Below, piece by piece: positions 60,119 to 64,000 of a stretch of DNA of 64,000 nucleotides. Under the pieces are notes generated by a model. That model had not been told where the DNA came from and searched no databases. It was given only the letters and a program-made list of their open reading frames with translations. Source of the DNA: an uncultured delta proteobacterium (GTDB lineage Bacteria > Desulfobacterota > BSN033 > UBA1163); NCBI GenBank assembly GCA_963708295.1, contig CAVPSJ010000007.1, forward strand, positions 128,001-192,000, read 5' to 3'. The translations under genes were made by a program, and so were the position numbers. How positions within the stretch are numbered: position 1 is the stretch's first letter; every line of letters begins with the position of its first letter.

Positions 60119-61336
60119 CTATAAGAAAAAATTATCATTTTCGATTCCTTCAAGCTTCCCGACGTCTGCCCCGGAATGGATGAACTCTTCCAACCACCAG
60201 TTGGAACGATTGTAGAAGCAGCCAACCTCTTTGCACTCTCCCTCGGCATCGAAGGTCAGGATAGATTTCGCTGTCCTGAGGAGACGCTCCTTGAATTCGG
60301 ATTCCGATTGATATCCTCCCGCCTCTCCGATTCGAGCCACTTCCACCCCTCGAAACGCCGGGCAGTGAAAGATTCCAAAAGGCGTCACCACGCTTCTGAA
60401 AAATTGCAAGTGGCATCTCTTGGGCTGTCTCTTGATCTGGTCGGTCTCCTGATTCAACATGGCTTTCAGGTTGGAGCTTTCAAGAATCTTGACTCGATCC
60501 CCGGCGAGATGCTTTGCCTCTTGAAGACGCATCTTAATCTGATCGATGATTTCTCTCTCTTTCGTTTTTTCGACGTTTCTCAGCAACGTCTCCCTCTGGG
60601 ACTCCTTGAATCGGACCAGGCAGGGCTTAAAGGAAATATAATCAAAGGAAAACTCCTTTGCGAGGTCCACCGATCTTGCCATTTCATCCATGTTGGGATG
60701 GAGTTTCCTCCCGTTAATCTCCACGCCTTCCCAGACGATCACGAACGAATACCCCAAGGATACTGCGGAATTCCTTTCTTTCACTTTTCTCGCCTTTTCC
60801 AGAATCCCCTTCAGAGTCACTCGGGTTTTGGGTCGGTGTAAATCTTGAAAGACATTTTCCCCGGCGGCATCGATGGAAATTCTGACCCAGTCCTTTTCTT
60901 TGAGCACTTCTGCGACCGCTTCGATTTTTTCAAGTCTTGAACCATTGGTCACAATGCCAACCTGTAAGTTCTTGCTTTTGATATACCGGACAATTTCTCC
61001 AAAATCTCCGTGAAGCGTCGGTTCCCCCCCTCCGATCAAGATGACGGAAAGCAGGCCGTGGGAATGGAGGGTATCGACCGTCTTCTTGGCTTCCGCAAGC
61101 GTCAAGCTTTTGCCGGCATTGATCAACTTCGAATCAACACAAAAAGAGCATGAGAAATTGCAGGCAGAGGTCAGATCTAAATTGATGGAAATCGGGCTGA
61201 AAACCGGCAGCCCCCGTTCCGGAGCGTCGACGCCGCACCTTCTCTGCCATTGGATATACTCCTTCAACCTTGGAAGGGTAGCATCCTGCCTGAGTTTAGC
61301 GCTGAAGTCGTGCTCTTTTTCTCTCAACTTTTCCAT
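60119..61336 (-). CDS. Radical SAM protein with C-terminal Cys-rich (twitch/SPASM-like) region
   Basis: CNFSCSFC, GGGEPTLH, VTNGS, WVRISIDA; C-terminal RC...FHCP...CKEVGC. Confidence 0.85.
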   Translation of the reverse strand: MEKLREKEHDFSAKLRQDATLPRLKEYIQWQRRCGVDAPERGLPVFSPISINLDLTSACNFSCSFCVDSKLINAGKSLTLAEAKKTVDTLHSHGLLSVILIGGGEPTLHGDFGEIVRYIKSKNLQVGIVTNGSRLEKIEAVAEVLKEKDWVRISIDAAGENVFQDLHRPKTRVTLKGILEKARKVKERNSAVSLGYSFVIVWEGVEINGRKLHPNMDEMARSVDLAKEFSFDYISFKPCLVRFKESQRETLLRNVEKTKEREIIDQIKMRLQEAKHLAGDRVKILESSNLKAMLNQETDQIKRQPKRCHLQFFRSVVTPFGIFHCPAFRGVEVARIGEAGGYQSESEFKERLLRTAKSILTFDAEGECKEVGCFYNRSNWWLEEFIHSGADVGKLEGIENDNFFL

Positions 61337-62274
61337 ACGTTTCTCTTTTCGAACTCACCAAAGCTGTCATCAATCTCCTTCAACAGCGACGTGTTATGAA
61401 GAATATGCGGATATCCGATGAGGGGTTCGGTTTTCTTTTCAACAGCCTCCATGACATTTATAACGGAGAGTTCAAGGGGATCCATAATCTTCAATTTCTT
61501 ATCCCCATAATTAAAAAAGATCCCATAATCGTGTAAGTCCAGGCTTCGAACAATAACCTTTCCATTAAATCCGAAAGAAAAATCACGGGGCGGGGTCTTC
61601 TGGTGTATCAATTTTATTAACACATCGCATGCCCGGGTTTCAAACAAATAGCTAAATCGGACGTTCAGCTCCCCTTCGCCCTTCCATTCAAAATTCAATG
61701 TTTCTATCTTTCCGGCACCCAGCCGGCAATAAAGGAGGCTTAAGGGATGGGGGACGGATTCGGGGATCATGATTCTTCCCGGAGAAAAAGGCGACAGACA
61801 TACGAAAAAATCATTCTTTTTCTCAATCCTAATCTTCCCGCAGATTTTCTCATAAGCGTCGAGGGAAAACGGCCATTGAGAATTCATGGCAATGGTTAAT
61901 CTCTTTTCTCGCGCCCTCTCGAAGACGTCCTCAATCCTTTTTCGAATATCCTCATGATCGCCCCAGATAAAAGGCTTTTCGCAGAAAATATGGAGTCCCC
62001 GGTCCAGACACTTTAACAGATAGTCATAATGGGTTGAGCCGGGGGAGGCGATGACTGCGAGATCGGGCTTTTCAGCGTTGACCATCGCATCAAAGTCTGT
62101 ATAGGGACGGGCTTCGATCCCGTATTTCCGCAGAGCAGAAGAGGCCTGGCGGCTTGTCTCTTCAGTCGTCCCCAGCACAGAGATTACGTTTACTCCGTGT
62201 CGATGGAGATATTTTCCGATATACTCGCCGATGCCATTTCTCGTTCTACCCGCCCCGATGATGGAGGCTTTCAT
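61324..62274 (-). CDS. Gfo/Idh/MocA-family oxidoreductase
   Basis: IIGAG, DLAVIASP...HY and HIFCEKP. Confidence 0.8.
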   Translation of the reverse strand: MKASIIGAGRTRNGIGEYIGKYLHRHGVNVISVLGTTEETSRQASSALRKYGIEARPYTDFDAMVNAEKPDLAVIASPGSTHYDYLLKCLDRGLHIFCEKPFIWGDHEDIRKRIEDVFERAREKRLTIAMNSQWPFSLDAYEKICGKIRIEKKNDFFVCLSPFSPGRIMIPESVPHPLSLLYCRLGAGKIETLNFEWKGEGELNVRFSYLFETRACDVLIKLIHQKTPPRDFSFGFNGKVIVRSLDLHDYGIFFNYGDKKLKIMDPLELSVINVMEAVEKKTEPLIGYPHILHNTSLLKEIDDSFGEFEKRNVWKS

Positions 62275-62368
62275 GCAATTCAACCCTCCACAATTCTGTA
62301 ACCGCTCAAAATCTATTGATATTTTAACACAATTCACAGAGTGGTCAACATATCACCCGATCTGATGA

Positions 62369-63967
62369 TCACTTATTTGAAAACAGCACCAGGTCATAGG
62401 GGCCTGCTCTTACCTGTTCAACAGATACCCGTTCCAAGTTCAACTTTCCTTTTATCACATCGAAGTATTTTAGTGGAATCACCACCCTAACTCGTTGAGG
62501 TGAATGAAGAACTTGAGAAAACCGATCCGTGCTCTTGATCTCTTCAATATAAGGCTTTTGAGTATAGTAAAGCAGTCCATTGAACTCAGAAAAAGCCATT
62601 TTGAGTTCATCTTCGGGTCCTATCCTTGCAAGGATTCTTTCCGATAATACCTTCATTGACCTCTCGGAATTGAATTTTGGCAGAATCAAACTGAGATGGA
62701 GATAGAAAAGACCAAACGCAACTACGAGCGTCATGAATGACGCCCTTTTCTTTCGTTTAAGAAACAGGAGAACCGAGACCAAAGATCCCAGCGGCAAATA
62801 AAAGAGGGTCCAGAGTTCTACGGATTGATAGGCTCTCAGGTGGGGATACAATTTTTCTGGAATTCCCATGACAAACAGAAGAAACCCGATAAAGAAAAGG
62901 AAAGTAAGAACAACAAGTCCGGAAAGAGTCCCCCAGCCTCCTTTCGAAGAACGAAGCTCAGAATCCCACAAAACACCGATGAGCATCGCTGCAGCCGGGT
63001 GCAGGGGAAGAAGATAATTATCTTTCTTCCCCTTCGAAAGGGTGAAAAAAAAGAAGATGAATAGAAACCAAATGATGAGAAATAAGAATTCCTTCCGAAC
63101 ATTTTCTTTATTCCGAAATCCTAAAATGAGGGCAGAGGGCAAGAGAACGATCCAGGGGAAAAAATCCAAAGGGAAACGGATAAGATAAAAGAAAATGGGT
63201 TCGCGATGGAAATACTTCTCGCTGCCCATCAATCTCCCAACGGTCTGCCCGAACAGAATTCTTTCCGTATACTCTTCTCCGCCAACCCAACAGGCGGGCA
63301 GGAGCCAGAGAAAGACGACAAGGAGAGAAAGAAGAGTTCCCCACAGCAGATGAGTGTTCCAAAACGCTTTGACGTTCCTTTGAGACAGACCGAAGATGAT
63401 AAAGATGGGAACGGGGAGATAGGCAACGGGCCCTTTCGTTAAGACCGCCAGCCCCATAAAGAGTCCCGCAAAAAGATAATACCTTCGGCGTCTCGCCTCA
63501 TTCTCAAAACCCTGGAAGAAGTAAAAAATGGTAAAAAGGAAAAGGAGCGTGAACAGAGAATCTAACATCATCCAACGCGATATTTGGAGAAATAAAATAC
63601 TTGTTGCCAGAACCATCGCGGAGAGGAATCCAACTCTTGGATGGAAGAGTCTTTCTCCAAGAAGAAACGTGACGAAAAGGGTAATCAACCCCGCCAGCGC
63701 AGATGGAAGACGGTTCGCTAATTCGGAATTCGCCCCCCCCAAAAAAGTGGAAAGATTGACCAGCCAGAAAAAGAGAGGAGGCTTTTCTGCGTAGATGTCT
63801 CCGTTGAGATGAGGTAAAATCCAATTCCCACGTTGCACCATTTCGCGGGCGACCACCGCATATCGGGTTTCATCGGGCTCCCAGAGATCCCTTCCTCCCA
63901 GATTGAAAAGGAAGAGGAGCGTTCCAACGGCGAGAATGATAAACAGATATCTGGTCCTGACTTCCAT
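62369..63967 (-). CDS. ArnT-family (GT-C) glycosyltransferase
   Basis: LWEPDETRYAVVAREM, EKPPLFFW, RLPSA and TKGPVA. Confidence 0.88.
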   Translation of the reverse strand: MEVRTRYLFIILAVGTLLFLFNLGGRDLWEPDETRYAVVAREMVQRGNWILPHLNGDIYAEKPPLFFWLVNLSTFLGGANSELANRLPSALAGLITLFVTFLLGERLFHPRVGFLSAMVLATSILFLQISRWMMLDSLFTLLFLFTIFYFFQGFENEARRRRYYLFAGLFMGLAVLTKGPVAYLPVPIFIIFGLSQRNVKAFWNTHLLWGTLLSLLVVFLWLLPACWVGGEEYTERILFGQTVGRLMGSEKYFHREPIFFYLIRFPLDFFPWIVLLPSALILGFRNKENVRKEFLFLIIWFLFIFFFFTLSKGKKDNYLLPLHPAAAMLIGVLWDSELRSSKGGWGTLSGLVVLTFLFFIGFLLFVMGIPEKLYPHLRAYQSVELWTLFYLPLGSLVSVLLFLKRKKRASFMTLVVAFGLFYLHLSLILPKFNSERSMKVLSERILARIGPEDELKMAFSEFNGLLYYTQKPYIEEIKSTDRFSQVLHSPQRVRVVIPLKYFDVIKGKLNLERVSVEQVRAGPYDLVLFSNK

Positions 63968-64000
63968 GAATCCGAGGCCTCTCTCGAATTTTTACTTAAA

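Noticed and set aside
1-64000. Numerous antisense and alternative-frame ORFs in the track; tRNA or rRNA genes
   Set aside because: The ORFs are shadows of well-supported genes on the other strand or frame. No tRNA or rRNA signature was recognised by eye.

Overview
A 64 kb, roughly 50% GC chromosomal window. Gene content points to an anaerobic Desulfobacterota ('Deltaproteobacteria')-like aromatic or fatty-acid degrader; this is inferred, not shown by a marker gene. Left to right: (1) the end of a chemosensory cluster (cheB, cheW, cheR-TPR, a HisKA-like/REC protein, a REC-REC protein); (2) a 926-aa PHP + ABC/SMC-type ATPase (Ppl/TrlF-like) with degenerate catalytic motifs; (3) two paralogous 55- and 65-aa small proteins with aromatic C-termini behind a sigma54/IHF-type promoter, the first missing from the ORF track; (4) moaD/moeB; (5) an IclR-associated CoA-ester catabolic cluster with an OYE flavoenzyme and a Liv-type ABC transporter; (6) the lower benzoyl-CoA pathway (dch, oah, had) with an SDR, GNAT, biotin carrier and non-decarboxylating-type glutaryl-CoA dehydrogenase; (7) ruvX, mltG, thiolase and its OB-fold partner; (8) an L-Ara4N (arn) locus with split ArnA; (9) an aldehyde:ferredoxin oxidoreductase with two GG-less MoaD-like proteins, rubredoxin, nitroreductase and an internally deleted phosphoglycerate mutase; (10) a CdaA-YbbR fusion, S58 peptidase, sirtuin, a 300-bp MITE, phoH, PgpH-like HD protein and ybeY; (11) an envelope-modification cluster (two ArnT-like, Gfo/Idh/MocA, radical SAM, GT4, tandem kinase, GT2, methyltransferase, kinase). 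About nine genes carry small frameshifting indels that look like long-read consensus errors. No rRNA, tRNA, CRISPR array or transposase was recognised. All calls come from motif reading; no database searches were run.
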